From Caecitellus pseudoparvulus (taxonomy: Eukaryota > Protista > Bigyra: Bicosoecida), in contig CBFFRQ010000069.1 of assembly GCA_965644315.1 (NCBI GenBank), forward strand, positions 1,116,001 through 1,180,000: DNA of 64,000 nucleotides, given 5' to 3'. Both the position numbers and the translations under genes were made by a program. This document shows positions 40,701-55,700 of this stretch, piece by piece. The notes beneath the pieces were generated by a model. It was not told the DNA's origin. It saw only the letters and a program-made list of their open reading frames with translations, and searched no databases. Position 1 is the first letter of the stretch. Every line of letters starts with the position of its first letter.

Positions 40701-43700
40701 CAGCAGCTCTCGCTCCCGACGCAGTACATCGGAGGCGGGCAGTACTTGGTCTCATACACGACCACACTGTCAGGCAACTATTCCCTGAGCATTCTCGCAG
40801 GGGTGAGTAAAGGGTCGCTGACTTCTTCTGGTCAGCACATTCAGTGTGGCCTCGGAAGTGAATTTGCTTGCAGTCCTTTCAATGTTGTGGTTGCACCCGG
40901 AGCCACCACAGCAAGGACATCCGACGCTCTTTCAGGCGATGGGCTTCTACGAGGAGTAGTTGGGGAGGTCGCGCAATTTCATATCCAAGCAAAGGACACT
41001 TTCGGAAACCTGAAGCAAAGTGGGGGGGACTCCTTTGAGGTAAATGTGGTGGGGGTGTTGACCAACACCACGTACGCTGCCGACGTGTCCGATCTCGGAG
41101 ATGGCACATACTCGGTGCAGTACACAGCACTTCAGTCGGGTGAATACGACGTGATGGTTTCACTCGATGAACAACGCGTACTCACTCTTGGCACTCTTCA
41201 GCCTGCCCGCATCAGTGTCGTGCACGGAGCGCTGCACGGACCAAGCTGCACAATGGCTGGCCCTAACCTTGATGCCTCAACTTCTGGTGAGGAGGCAAAC
41301 GTCACAGTTTATGCTCGAGACGCATTTGGAAACTTGCGCACCGGAAAGGGACAAGGTGACGGCCAATCAGATGTCTTCTGGCTTACAGCGACCCATGCGG
41401 CTACTGGGGCTGTGGTAGAGTCAAGCTCCGTGAGGCACACTCTGGCCATCCAGGCAGATGGAGGCACATTCTCTATCGAAGCTATGGGCAAGTCAACCCC
41501 ATCTCTTCCTTTCGATGTGCCGCCGACAGTGCTGTCTGCAACCATCCTTGAGTATTGTGGCGTGGAAGTCAAGGTGCAGGAGGTGTCTGCTTTGCCAAGC
41601 AGACAGCTTCTGCTGACCCCGCTTCGACCAAGCACAGCGTGGTATGCCATGCATATGTGGGAAGTGAAAAGTGCTGCCCTGGTCTTGGGCTTGGGCCTCG
41701 GCTCTGCTCAGATTGAAACGGCAGCCTCTGGGCGGGGGGTTTACCCCATGTTGTTCACTTTGTACCAAGCGGGGCCGTGGCAGATGAACATAACGACTCC
41801 AGAGGGGCGCCATGTCAATGGTTCACCTCGCTCTGTCAACGTCAGTGTGTCCGGACCCGATGCAAGGTCTTCGGAGGCATATGGGCAGGGCCTTGTCGGG
41901 GGCATCGCAGGGGAGACTCTGCAGTATGGGGTTCAAGTTCGTGATGCAGGAGCTGTCGAAGAGCAAGTTATTCTCATTGTCTCGGAAGATGTACCCGAAA
42001 GGCCTGATGAGTATGCTTTCACGTGCTTGTCAGCCACAAGCTTAACCGTGAGCATCGCAGGAATAGCTTCTGAGCCTGTAGCCAGCTCTGGGTCGACCTC
42101 GACAGCGACTGCATTGGCAGACGCGCTCTCCGCACATCCACTGCTGGCAACTGCAGTTTCAAGTGGCCGGGCATCTGTTTCAGTCACTTTGCGATCAGGG
42201 TCGGCCAGCCCATTGTGTGGAGCTGGAGAGCTCGTGCACGTGTCCGTGTCAGGCATGGGGCACCTGCCTGCCGTTCAAGTTCTGACTCAGCCGAGTGCCC
42301 GGGCTACGATGGTCCATGCTGAACATTCGAGGGGCACGTCGAATTCCCGCATGGAAACCGTTCTTGTGTCTTGCATGGCTGAATCAGGTTCTGTGACGTT
42401 CGGCTTCAGGGGCTTGTCAGTTAATGTTTCGGCGGCCGCCCCGCTGTCTGGATCAGCTTCATCTGTGGAAGGGCTTCTGAACTCCATGGGCAGCATGGGA
42501 CAGGTGCGAGTCACAGGCAACGGCACGCAGCTCTGCTCCACGGGCGATGTCTTCATTACATTCCTTTCGTTGACAGGCAACGTCGAGCTGCCAAGTGTGT
42601 TCCCTGCAGCCAACATTTCGGTGTCTGAGGTCCTCCCTGGGATCCACCCACACTCTGGTACGTTCCGACTTGCCTGGGGACACGATACAACGGAGCCCAT
42701 CCGGCATGATGCTTCTGCTTCGGAGGTCTCAGCTGCTTTGGAGGGCCTAGAAAGTTTTGGGGCAGCCACCGTGACAGAGACCTTCGTGGGAACGTTGGCG
42801 GGTGGGAGAGCAAAATCCGTGGCGTGGTCAGTCACGTTTGACAGGTATGGCTTCCCCGCCATGATCGGAAACGTCCAAGCACTTGCCCCGCTGTTTTCTT
42901 CTTCTGCGCTGCAAGCTCCGTTAGGGGCAACAAGCTCGCCACGGGTGACAGTCACCGTCGTCAACGAAGGCACACAGGGAAATCCAAGACCCCAAGGAGT
43001 GGACTTGCCCGTCGTCTCTGCGTCGGTCAACCATACGTCATTGGACACCACAGTGGGAGGGAGGGAGCTTGTCCATGTCAACTGCACTGCTGATAATGGG
43101 ACCTTGCGATTGATTTTCTCACATGTTGAAGTGGTGCTGAGCAGTACCGCATCCTTGAGCACGGCGTCATCCACGCTGAACTCAGCCTCCACCATTGCCG
43201 CGGTGGGAGGGGTGGTGGTCACTAGTGATAGGGACTCCTCAATTTGCTCTCCCAGTGGATCCTCCATCCTCATTGCCTTTGTCGCAGACGGAGACATGTC
43301 GCAGCTGGTTGCGGATGGGCAGGACCTGGCTCTGAGTGGTGGCCGTGGAAGCGTGGTTGTGTCCCTTGCCACCAATGGAGGTCTGCAAGTGACTCCGTCC
43401 CAAGAATCGGGCCTCTACAGTGTATCCTACACTCCAGTTCTGAAGGGGCAGTACATTGTCCAGACGTTCCTCAACGGGGGTCTTGTCTCGACTTCACATG
43501 ACGTTATCGTTACAGTGCTGCCGTCTGAAGTTCGCGCACATGCACCCAGCTGCAGCCACACCGCTCAAGCGTTTGCAGTCCAGGGAGAGGAAGAGACTTT
43601 CCTGATACAGGCACGTGATGTCCACATGAACGAGCTTGATGGACCTCTTGCTAGCCGTGATGAGTTCTTGGTTTTTGTTGATGGTGTTGCGGCTACCGAA

Positions 43701-46700
43701 GCTGGGCATTCTGGCGAGCATGTGCGCTTGCGAGCAGAAGTGTCTAGCGACGCACCAAACACTGATGGAACCTACAAAGTGGCATACCTTCCCACTAAGG
43801 CAGGGACGTTTAAAGTGCACGCATCTTTGCGGCGCTCAGGGGGCCTCTTGGCGACCTACTTCAGAAGCTCCGACTTTTCCAGCCCTGTGCTGGCCGACGC
43901 TGTTGGGAACCTAACCCACTGCCCCCCCAACCTCATTGAATGTGATTCAACTCGTGTGGATTCCGCCGTTGACTTTGATTGGGGGCTGCTGGCTCCCCTG
44001 CCGGACTTCCCCGGCGACTTTTTCAGCGTCAGATGGAGTGGAGATGTCCTCTCACCATACACAGGAGCAATCCGCTTCACAGTCATCGCAGACGATGGAG
44101 CACGACTCATCATCAACGGAAAAGCCATCATTGACCAGTTTGACTTTTCGGAGGATCGCATGGGAGGCACAATTGAACTTGTAGGAGGGCGCATGTACAG
44201 TATTCAGCTGGAAGTCAAGGAAAGCACCGGGCGCGCTTCTGCGAAGCTGGAATGGAGCTACCCGGGTAGAACTTCTCATACTGTCCCAAGTTCGCACCTC
44301 TTCTTCACTCGCCATATCGCACGCTCCCCTTCCACCGTGGTCATCGTCCCAGGCGCAGTTTCTGCGATGGCAACCACCGCGGCTGGACATGGACTGGTTG
44401 GCTCCGTTGCTGGGAGTGTGGCCTCCTTCACGATCACAGCCAGGGACTCCGCCGAGAACGTCAGGTTCAACAGTGGTGCGGATTCTTTCCAAGTAGAAGT
44501 GGTGGGGCAAAGCGATTGGGCCTTGCAAGGGCGCACGAACGATCAAGCAGGAAGCGCTCCGCATAGCGTGCCTGCCCTAGTGCAACCCGTTGACTGGCGA
44601 AGCTTACCTGGCACAGCCAGCATTCAGGCGGGGTCTTCTACGCTATACAGCTCCATTGACTTGACTTCACATGTTCAGCGGGGGGACCGCCTTGTTATTG
44701 GTCAGGAGTTGCACACAGTGTCATTCGAGGGACAGTTTGACTCACGTCAAGTGCCGCTGCAGCGAGCGCTTGGAGGAGACGCCGTATCAAACTTGACTGT
44801 CTTTGCTGCCGGACCTGCAACTGGAACTCACGCTGTGTCTTTCACTCCCACCGTTCGGGGGCAATACTCTGTTTCTGTGCTCAGGCCGGCCGTGCAGGAA
44901 GTGCAGTACTTCAGCATCTCAGCCTCGACGGCAATTCGCGGCACCTTCGCAATTGAAGCAATGGGGAAGAGATCGCTTGCTTTAAACGTGGCATCAACTG
45001 AGTCAAGCCTGATGGCATCGATCTCGGCCATGGGCCCCGCCTTCGCCTCGGTGACAGTGTCAGTGGTTCCTCCAGCGCTGAGTGCAAACATGAGCCTTGC
45101 ATGGTTCGTAACGTTCAGCCCAGAAGATGGCAATGTGGAGCTGCTGAGACTTGACACCCGTGGGTTGGTTGCAAACGATTTGTCGGTGGACATGCGAACC
45201 CTGACCGAAGGTGTCCGCAAGCAGCACATCTCCGGATCCCCCTTCTCCATGACTGTCGTGCCATCTGACAGCAGCGCCGCTATGTCCACTGCATTCGGAA
45301 GCGGGCTCTCCTCAGCCACTGCGGGGAAAGTAGCGAATTTCACCATTCAGTCAAAGGATGAATATGGAAATAATCGGTTGACTGCTCAGGGCCCAGAGGA
45401 CTACGTGATATTTGGCTCGCTGGCCTCCCCGGCGGACTCCAGCGTCGAGGCGCGAAGCAGTGGTTTCAACGCGACCTACCGCCACCTGGATGACGGAAAG
45501 ACGGAAGTCACATATGTAGCGAACGTTACTGGAGACTACATTATCTCCGTTGGTATGGTTGATAGGAAAGCCAAGTACCTGCTTCAAGTACGTTTGCCAA
45601 GGGGCCCACGAAGCACGGGCGAGTTCCTCTTCTCATGGGCCGGGCATGACTCAGTGCCTCTTGCATCTGATGCTGAGGCAGCTGATGTCAGTGAGGCCTT
45701 GTCTCGCATGCCTGGCATTCGAAATGTGGATGTGACTGGTGAGATTCACTCAGACGGGGCGGACTTTGAAATTGCCTTCATCCACGATGCTGCGCTTGAG
45801 CTGGACCTTGTTCTAGCTACTGGTCAGAGTTCACCTTCCGCGGCCATCGTGACCTTGACGAAAGTGCAGCCAATGTCCTTGCGCCACATCAAAACTCAGG
45901 CTCAGCCCATTCTCAACGAAGTGCAGACACTAGTCGTTCAAGGGGAACCTCATGACACCTTCCAACTTATGCGGGCAGGGCAGCGCACTGTCCCGCTTCA
46001 CATCGGGTCTACGAGCCAAGAAGTGCAGGATGCCCTCCACGCACTTTCATCAGTGCACTCCGTTCAAGTGGAGGCACTTCCCCCTGCAGGGAACTCATCA
46101 TCATGGCACGTTACGTTCTTGGCGCAAGCACTGGATGGGAGGCTTACCCACCACACACACCTCGGGCCGCAACCACTCCTCACAGTGCATGCCTCAGAGG
46201 ACAACGTCACCTCGGCCTCATTCAGTGCGCTTGTTCTTCCCACAGCTCAGCGAGGGGCTGCGCCGTTTCTTACTCGCGTACTCCCTTCGAGTCTTGCCGC
46301 TACGATGACGTCGGCGACAGAAGATGCAACACGAGGCTTAACCTCCGGCACCTATAACACCACTGCATCATTCCACATTGAAGAGCGTGATGCGTTCGGT
46401 AATCGCATCTACTCTGACCACGACGTTGAAGTGCAAGTTCTGAGGCTTACGAGGGGCAGCAGCATTGCAGGGTCGCTAGCGTTGCAGCTGTCTGGATTCC
46501 GTACACCCTTCCTCCAGGCTCAAGGTCTCAGCGCCGCAGCTATAGAGGTCGAGCTAGAAGCACTGCCTATAATCGGATCTGTCTCAGTGCTTGAGAGAAA
46601 TTTGTCCACTTCTGTGGTCGAGTTCGCCGTCACCTTCAATAGTGATGCTGGAGATCTGCCACCACTGGCTGTGGAAACGAAAAACTTTGCAACAGGCATG

Positions 46701-49700
46701 TCTGCCGAAATTCTTGCTTGTGAGCGATTCCAACACCAACGAGTAACGCTTTTGGCACCAAGTAACTCAAGCATTGGAGGAGAATTCGCCTTGGTCTGGA
46801 ATGGACACGAGTCCTCGCGGCTAAGTGTCGAGGCGAGCAATGAGGACGTGCGACGTGCTCTGCAGGCACTGCCAGGCGTGCTCTCAGCCCGCGTAGCAAC
46901 ACCACCCGCCTTAGAACTTGGACAAATCCGAAACTGGGACGTCTTTTTCGAGTCGGTCACCTCTCCGCTGTCTCTGCTAGTCCCTGAAGGCCGCTGGCTG
47001 GTCGGGTCAGGGAGCCGAGTGGTCGTCGAGGAGGCATGCCCGGCAGGGCACACTTTCGCCACCACTGCTGGGAGGCTGCCTCCTGCCTTCTACCTTCAAC
47101 TCTCGGGGCCTGAAACTGTGTCAGGTGTCGTGACCCCTGCCGGGGCCGGCATGCACCTTGCACAGTATAAGGTCCCGAGGAGCGGGGACTACAGGATGGA
47201 CGTCTCTCTGCTGACCCCAGGAGGGCTGCTTGGGGAATACTTCAGTAATCGATGGCTGCACGGGGCTGCAGCCATGAAACGGGTGGACAGCCATGTCAAT
47301 TTCTTCTGGAAGACTCTCATCCTTCCAACGGCAGAGGACTTCGTTTCCATTCGGTGGACAGGCTTCATTGTGTTTCCATTCAGTGAACGCTTCACCTTTA
47401 CTGCTCACGTCAATGATGGGTTGAAGCTTTGGATCGGCGACGAAGTAGTGATTGATGCCTTTGACCTTGCATTCAATTCCTCGACTCAAGGAGACTTTGC
47501 GGAAGCTCGAGGCACACTGTCTTTCAAGGCTGTGAAAGACCAGCCCTACCCTGTACAAATCGAGTATCGGGAGAACACTGAAAGCGCAGTGGCAAGACTA
47601 TACTGGCAGAGTTCCTCCCAGCCAAGGGTCCTGGTTCCACCTGCTCACTTGTACTATGCAGCTGAGCCCATCTCAGGTTCCCCATTCACCATTCAATCTG
47701 TGGGTATCGTCCCAAGGCGTCCACAGGGTGTCGAGGTGGAGGTGCTGTCCTCCCAGGGCTTGCGTGTACAGTGGACACCGCCACTGGAAGATGGAGGGTC
47801 TGCCATTTCTCAGTACCAAGTTCAATGGTACACTTCTCAGCCTGAGGTTGAGATTCAAACGCTTGTGCTGTCGGGTGTGTCCGGCAGCGCTGAGGCAAGC
47901 CTCTTCATTGTCAGCTTCCAAGGCTTTCACACTGAAGCAATGGCTGTGGGCAGCCCTTCCAATGCTGTTGAGGAGCAGATAGAACGGATGCCGGGAATTG
48001 GTGATGTCCAAGTTGTGTGTGCAACTCAGGAGCAATGGGGGCAGCTGCCTTGCCCTCAAGACACCGCCGGGCGTGTCGTGTATGAAGTGGCTTTCCTCTC
48101 GTACGTCAGACAAGTCCATGCGGCGCCCCATGGAAACTACGCAACAGCTGATGTACCTAATTTGGAGGTGCAAGGTGCCCTCGGTGTCGGCCAGCATGAG
48201 GTGTGCGTCTCAGGGCACGTGACCGTGGCTTGCAACGCATCGCAGTCGCGTGACGGGGGAGACTATGGGGGCTTTTGCTCCCCAGCTGCAGATAACCCGT
48301 GCGGCATCGTTTCAGCCAGCGACCTGCAAGCCTCTCACAGAAAACTGCAGTACGATATCCAACGCCTGTCACCGGGAGTTGAGTACTACGTGCGGGTATT
48401 GGCGTACAACTCGCAAGGCTGGGGTTTCGCCACAACTGCCAAGACTGAAGTCCCGCGTGATACACCGGAGCCACCACAAAGCCCTTCACTTCGTCTCTTT
48501 GGAGACGAGCCTGATGCTCTCCTTGTCCAGTGGGAAGCCCCCAAGAGCGACCGAGGAGCACCGGTGACACACTTCACAGTGTCTTGGCGGGCCGTGAATG
48601 AGTCAAGCTCACCCTGGCTTGAAGCCACATTGCCTGTTTCCGAAGCAGCATCAGGCATGCAAGGGCCGGACCATTTTTCCTACGTCATCAAGGAGCTACA
48701 GCCTGGATACGAAGTTGGAGTTACGGTTCAAGCCACCAATGCTGTCGGTCGCAGCTCTCGGGCGGCGACCATGCCCCACTCAGCGGTGCCATCTGCACAA
48801 GCAGATGTGATTGAAGCCGGGGGCGTTACAGTTGAAGCGCGCTATGTGGGAGCTGGTGTCTCGGTACATGAGTCCAGCAGCACCCTGCACGTTTCCTGGG
48901 TCCCGCCTCAGGATGCTCGAGGCTCGCAACTTGAGTCATTCAGAGTAACTGCATGCTCTGGTCCAGGAAGGCAGGAGATTCAGTCAGTTGCGATCGAGAA
49001 CTCTGAGGGGGGTTCATTTCAATTGCAGATCTCGTCCGAGACGAGTATTCCTTTGTCGTGGAACGCCACCGCAAAGGAAGTCAGGTCTGCCCTCCTCGGC
49101 TTCAACAGTGTTTCCGACGTTCAAGTTGAACGTGTTGATGTTCTACCTGCACCAGCTACGTCTAGTGGCGGAGTGCGCTGGTATCTCAACTTTGAAGAGG
49201 ACATGGGACAAGTGGCACCTGTGGTTGTGCATGATGAGCACTTAATTGGCTCTGGCCCACCAGGAACCCTCTCAGTGACAGTCCAAGTGGGTCTGACTGT
49301 CCAAGCTTCGGCGACAGCATCGTTGTCACAAGGCGGCCAAGAAATAGTTGTGAATACTGCTGACATGGTGGAAAGGGTGGATGAACTAGACTGGGTGCAG
49401 TACGGGTCAAGTTCGAGCAACACTGCACGAGTGTCGCAAGTTCAAACCGACGGGGCTTTGACACGGCTTCGCCTTGAGAGCAGCCTCGAACCAACGAGTT
49501 CTGGAAGCGGTGCACTACTGGTTGGTCAAACTCCACGTGGGAAGATGTGCGGGGGTCAAACGATGCGCTTCGTTCAGTTCGAGGCCACTCAGCCTCGCTA
49601 CGAGCTGACACTTGAAGATTTGAAGCCTGGAGCTTCCATTGCAGTGTCCGTCAGTACCATGAGCAACAGAGGGCTTTCAAAGAGCAGGCTTGCAACGCCA

Positions 49701-52700
49701 GGTTCCATTGCTCCTCCTTTGCAAGCACCCGATAGGCCACAGTCTGCGATGCTCTCCTCCCCTTCGTCTTCCTCTCTGCAGGTCAGCTTCCGTGCACCCA
49801 CATCAAATGGGGGTTCTCCGATCACTCAGTACATCGTCGAGTGGGACATGAGCTCAAACTTCAGCGGGGGACCACAGGCGAAGCCCTTAGGGCAGCACTC
49901 GATTGAAGTGCAACCAGGAGCTTGTGAAGTCACGCCATGCCGTCATGAGTTTGGCGGGCTAGAGACCGGACAGGAGTATTTCGTTCGGGTGTTTGCTTTC
50001 AACCGTTTCGGGTTCAGCGCTCGGTCTGCATCGCCTGTGCCAGCATCCATGGCGCCGACCACCTTTGCCATGCCGCCGAGTCGCGTTCTGGTGACACCGT
50101 CTGGCTCTGACGCTGTGAATGTGTCCTTTCCTGCTTCCGAGTCCGTGGGGGGGGCCGCGGTGTCCAAGTACAAGATTGAATGGGACGCGCAAGGCCCACC
50201 GCCTGTGCAGACAGAAGCCCTGTACTCCCTCCATGATGTTTTCACGATTGTGATCTCGGGAGCGGAGAACAACTTGGCCGGCTCGTTTCGCCTTGTACTG
50301 GATGGCGCTCGCACCGCTTCATTGGCAGCTGACGCGACACCAGCCGACGTGGCTTCGCAGCTGGAGAGCTTGCCCAGTGCAGGCAGCGTCGCTGTCTCGC
50401 GCCGCCAACTAGCCATGACGTGGGGCTTTGCGTGGGATGTGACGTTCCTTGCGTACAATGCTATGCCGCATGCTTTCACCCTGGAGAGCTCGCTCCGCGG
50501 TTCAAACCTGCACTCTGAGATCAAAAGAACTGTGTCGGCACTAGCAGGTTTTGAGCGACAAGTGGTCGCTTTGGAGAGTGGTGACACTCGCACACTAGTA
50601 GGGTCATTTGCGTTGAGTTTTGAGGGACACCAAACCGTGCTCTTGCCTGTGAACGCCTCTGCAGACCAAGTCCAGCGCGCAATCGATGCACTGGAGACCG
50701 CTGGGGAGGTGCTGGTGCAGTCCAGCACAACCATCACAACCCGCTCATTCACAGTGACGTTCTTAACTAGGCTGGGAAACCTGCCAGAGCTCATTGTTTC
50801 AGTACAGAACTGCTTAGATATGTCAGCAGGCAGTCCACGCCCAACGTTTGAGGTGGCTGAGATCCAGGCAGGGCGTTTGCCATCTATGGCGGGTCCCCTA
50901 CGTGGCTCAACAGAAGTGCATGCCCATACCGATGCACAAGCACCATACTCTGTCGTAATAGACGGGCTAGAAATGGGAATCGGATACCATTTCCGAGTTT
51001 CGGCTTGGAATGGAGTCGGTGACACGTTCGGCAAGTCCCAGTACGCCTCCCCTGCGCTGGTGACTCCTGCCCGCAAGCTCGGGCGCCCGGCAAGCGTTTC
51101 ATCCGAGCACATTTCTGCAGACTCCTTGATGGTCTCATGGCAGAATGCGGCAGGCACTGGTGAGCACCTCATTGATGCGGTAGAGGTGGAGTGGGATACG
51201 TCAACACCTGCCATGGAGCAGCAGCGACTGACTCTCTCTGCAACAGGTCAGCTGACTGGCAGCGTCGACGTGTCGCTCCGGGGAGACAACACTGCAACAG
51301 TCAGCGCGGCATCAAGTGAAGAAGAGGTGAAGCAGGCAATTGAGCAACTTGGGGGAGCAGGGATCGTACGGGTGACGGCATCCCCCGCATACCCCTCTGG
51401 GACGGCGTTTCATGTTCACTTCCTCACAGCCGTTGGAGATCTCCCAGAGCTGCTCGTGGTGAGGAACGGTCTTGAGGGGCTTGATGCCCGCGTAAGTGTC
51501 TTGACCCTTGTGGATGGTGCTGAGCCAGACTTTGACGGAGGGAGTGTTGGTGTTCAAGTCCTCCCTCTCGGACAGGTACTGGTCCCGGCTGAGCCTGAGG
51601 TGCAAATCATCTCTCTGGTATCTGAGGCAAATGACCTGCATGGTGACGTGTTCATAAACTATGCTGGACAAACAGGCGCATTCCCACTTGAACCAATCGA
51701 TACCGCCGAAGATGTCAAGGGCAAGCTGCAAGCGCTGCCCGGAATTGGGACAGTCGAAGTGTCGAAGCGAGTGCTGAACCAAACGACGAGTGTCCCGCGA
51801 CAGCGGCAAGAGGTTTCTTGGGCCGTGACATTTTCTGACGAACCTGGGATCGTCCAGCCACTCATCATGCTGCAGACAGACCCTGCAGCGCAGAAGGGAA
51901 CTGCTGTTGCTGGAGGGCGGGCTGGGAGCAGCCACGGCCTCAAGGGTACTGCAGCCGTCGCGACAGTCAGAAGGGCCACACTGGGTGCCGTCCCTCAAAG
52001 TGTCCACCTCCCTCTTGGACGAAGTGACATGACTTTCTTCGTGCGAGCAAGGTTTTTAGGTTCTCAGGGCCCTGGGCCGTTCAGCACTGCGCGCTTCGGC
52101 TCGAGGTTGGCGCCTGCCCCGCCTCAACCAGTGCAAGACGCGCTGGTGGCGAAGCTGGGACCTTCAAGCGTGGAGATCTCTTGGATGCCATCCCAGATAG
52201 GTACGTCAGCCTCCAGGTACGTGGTGCAGTGGTCTCCTTCAAGTTCTTTCGAGACTGGTGTTCAGGAAGCCAGTGTCTCGGCGAACGACACACTCGCGCA
52301 CGCTTCCGGGCGCTTGGCCACTGCCGTGCGCAATCTGGCATCCACGCCCACCTACTTCCGTGTTCTCGCTGCTTCCAGCATCGGCTACAGTAGACCGACT
52401 CTCGCACACCTTGATCCTTGGCATGCAGCCCAAACGTTTACCCTCTCGCTGACAAGCTCAGTCCCAGAGAATGGCACCTTCCAGCTTGAGGCTGGAGGTG
52501 TTCAGACAGCGCCCATTCCAGCATCATCGTCCGCGCAAGAACTTCAGGGCTTTCTGGCACAATTGCCCTTGGTGCCTTGTGTTTCTGTGCGGCTGCTTGA
52601 CGAGTCGGCTGTGGCGGATCCATTCGCCAACTTCACAACCAAACGGACCTGGACCCTGCACTTCCACTGTCAAGAAAAGAACTCTACGACATCGCTGGCA

Positions 52701-55700
52701 GTCAGCTCATACAACACGTCGATCATGCCGGTCATCGTGCGTGCTTCAGAAGCCGCTCCTGGAAACGTGGTCGACCTCGGTGTGCCTTCGGCGCCTCTCG
52801 CACCTGTTGCTTCGCTGCACGTCGTATCAGGGGAATACCTGGGTGTCATCATTCGACCTGCAGAGAATTTTGGGCAAAGCCCCACAGAAAAGTACATCGT
52901 GGAGTGGGACACAAGTCCCTTCTTTGCAGGCTTGACCTCCCCGGGTGAAGCCGCCTCACGTTCCGAGACCGTGTCAGCCGCGTCGTGCAGGTTGCTGCCC
53001 TTAAGCGACTACTGTGACTGGGACACCGCAACCGGTACTGTCCGCTTCAAGCTCCCCGGGAGTGACTCTCACCCCTTGGTCGAAGGCTCGCAATACTACG
53101 TCCGGGTGCAGGCAGTGGACACTCTCAGCAAACAGTCTGCCCCGACCCTTACTAGCCCCCAGTCCGCGACGCCCCTTCCGCAACTTCCACACACACTGGA
53201 CAGCTTGCACGTCAGCAGGTCGCCAAACTATGTATCCAACCAACTCTTGCTCTCTGTCGCAGCCCCCAGTGTTGACGAGAACGGGTTCAAAGTTCATGCT
53301 GGCGGGAGCGAGGTAGTTGCCTGGCGAGTCGAGCTGGCGGCCAATCCGGACTTTCACGGTTCCCGACAAGTAGACATTCCAAATTACGTCGACGGCACAG
53401 CAAACAGTGTCCAACAGTGCCTGAATGGGGTTCCTTGTCATATGCAACTCGGAGCTGAGGTCCAAGCGGTGGATGTTTCATCACGAGAAGGCAGCTTCAA
53501 TTCGGGCAGCTTTAGACTGTCCGTGCAGGGCAGCTCAACGCCATGCTTGGCTGTGAACTCCTCTGCAGCCTCGGTGCAAGCAAATCTTGACGCTCTACTT
53601 GGCTCAAGTGGGCTTTTTGCTGTTGCATCTGCTGAACTGTCCAACGGGCTGAGAACCCACAGGCGCTTCTTTATTCGTTTTGCTGGAGCAGACGTGAGTG
53701 GGGACCAGCCTCTGCTCCAAGTGAGCTTGGAAGGATGCCAGGCGTTTGCAGCAGGGCCGGGGCTGACTGGCTCTGGATTCGATGTTTCTGTCCAGCGCCT
53801 GATCCCAGGCTCCCTGCTGGAGCAGGGCACTGTGTACCATATTCGTGCCAGGGCCGTCACAGCAGTCGGCGCCGGCGCTCCAGCAGTCGCAACGGGCAGC
53901 CCAATCTACCCGGCGGGCCTTGCCTCCCCACCAGCCGGTCCGGTGACTGTGGAAGCCGTGGTGGACAACAGTCTCGAGCTCTTTGTTCGCTGGGCGGCTC
54001 CAGCAAATCAAGGAGGGGCTTCTTTGTCTGGGTATGTTGTTCGCTGGCGGGCGGCCCCATTAGGATCGCCACAAGGGCCATGGTGCGGCACTGGGAATGA
54101 TACAGACTGTTTGTTTGTTGAGGCGCACTCAACCAGCGCAACGCTGCCCGTGCCAATCGCGGGGGTTCCCTACCAGGTGGCCGTCTTCGCCCGAACTTTC
54201 CGTGGTGACGGAGCTGTCGCACTTGCCACCCCAACATGCCAAGCTGGGTTGGAAGACTGCATTCCTCACGTGCCAGGATTCCCTGACCGCATCGTCTCTC
54301 GAGCTTTGCCTTCACAGCCAATGAACTTCATTGCTGGGGGGCTTCTGTCTCCGAACGCTTTCTCAGCTTCCAGCGTACAGCTGTCGTGGGCCGAGCCAAC
54401 AGACGACGGAGATGCCCCCATCTTGAAGTACAAAGTAGAGTGGGACACGTCTCCAACATTCGATTCCAGTGTGAGTGGTATGCCACTGTCATTTGATTCT
54501 GCGTTGGGCATGTCCCCAGAAATCCTGGGGCCTTTTTCGGCAGGCGAAGTGTTCTACGAGGTGACAAGCCTGCAGCCAGGTGTGACCATGTTCTTCAGAG
54601 TCACAGCTGCAAACAGTCTTGGCTTTGGCGTTGAATCTGCCCTGCAGTCATCCACGCCCTTGGAGCTGCCATCTGTGCCAACAGACGTACTGCTTGTCAC
54701 TCAGCCAGAATCCGAGTCTGCCGAGAAGCAAGGCACGTCCTTGATTGTGCAACTGAGTCAACCTGTGAGCATCGGTGGGTCCTCAATCATTGAGTACTTT
54801 GTCGAGTGGGCCTTGGAGTCTTTTGATGGGGAAACCCCAGACCAACAGGTTGTCAGCATTGACGTGTCTGGAGGTGCAGCTGTCGGTGGTTTCCTGCGCT
54901 GCCGCCTGGACACTTCACCCGCCGCCTGCCCACACTGCCCGGTGCAAGGTGTTTTCGTTTCACCTCGCTTCTCCGTCTCTGCTTCAGCCTCGGAGGTCAA
55001 GCAGGCCATTGAAGTGATGCCGAATACCGGCCAAGTTGCTGTCAGCGGTGGTGTGCCGTCGACGAACGGATCCACCGCATGGGTGATCACTTTCCTGCAC
55101 GTGACAGGTCCGATGCCAAGTCTCACCATAGACACCAGCCACGTAACTTCCAGTACATCGCTGGCAGATGTGACGGTTTCAGTGAATTCCGTAGATCCGC
55201 GACGCGTCCCAGGCAGGACGGTGTCAGGCTACTGTCAAGGGCAGCCTAGCTGCCATCGCGTGGCCCCAGCACCCGAACCGCACAGCCCTACTCAGGTTTC
55301 AATCACTGGTCTTGTCCCAGGTGAAAGGATCTTTGTTCGGGCCACTGCACGCAATGCGCTGGGGCTTGGTCCCACCCAAGTCAGTGCACCAGTCTCCCTG
55401 TCGCCACCACTCCAACCTCCCAGTCCGCCCACCTCGGCCACCAACTTACTCGGCAAACCCACACTGTATAGGCTGGGGTCGAACATGCTTCAAGTGGCGT
55501 ATGGTCCTCCACGGTTTGATGGTGGGGACCCGGTTGTGAAGTATAAAATCGAATGGGATCCGTCTCCATTGTTCGACTCCGGGGGCACAGGCCCGGGTGG
55601 AGAGAGTCGCCCGATCGCATGGGCTGAAGTCCCTGCACCAGCCACCCAAGATGGCGCGCAGTTCTTCACTGTTGCCTTGCCCCCTAATCTGCAAGCAAAC

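Larger units (their letters stand above)
38066..47705 (+). other. Filamin/ABP280-type Ig block (~9 domains)
   Basis: Repeated S.A.G.GL..A.AG....F.IQAKD.FGN....GGDSF.V...DGTY.V.YT....G.Y...HI.GSPF motifs. Confidence 0.85.
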
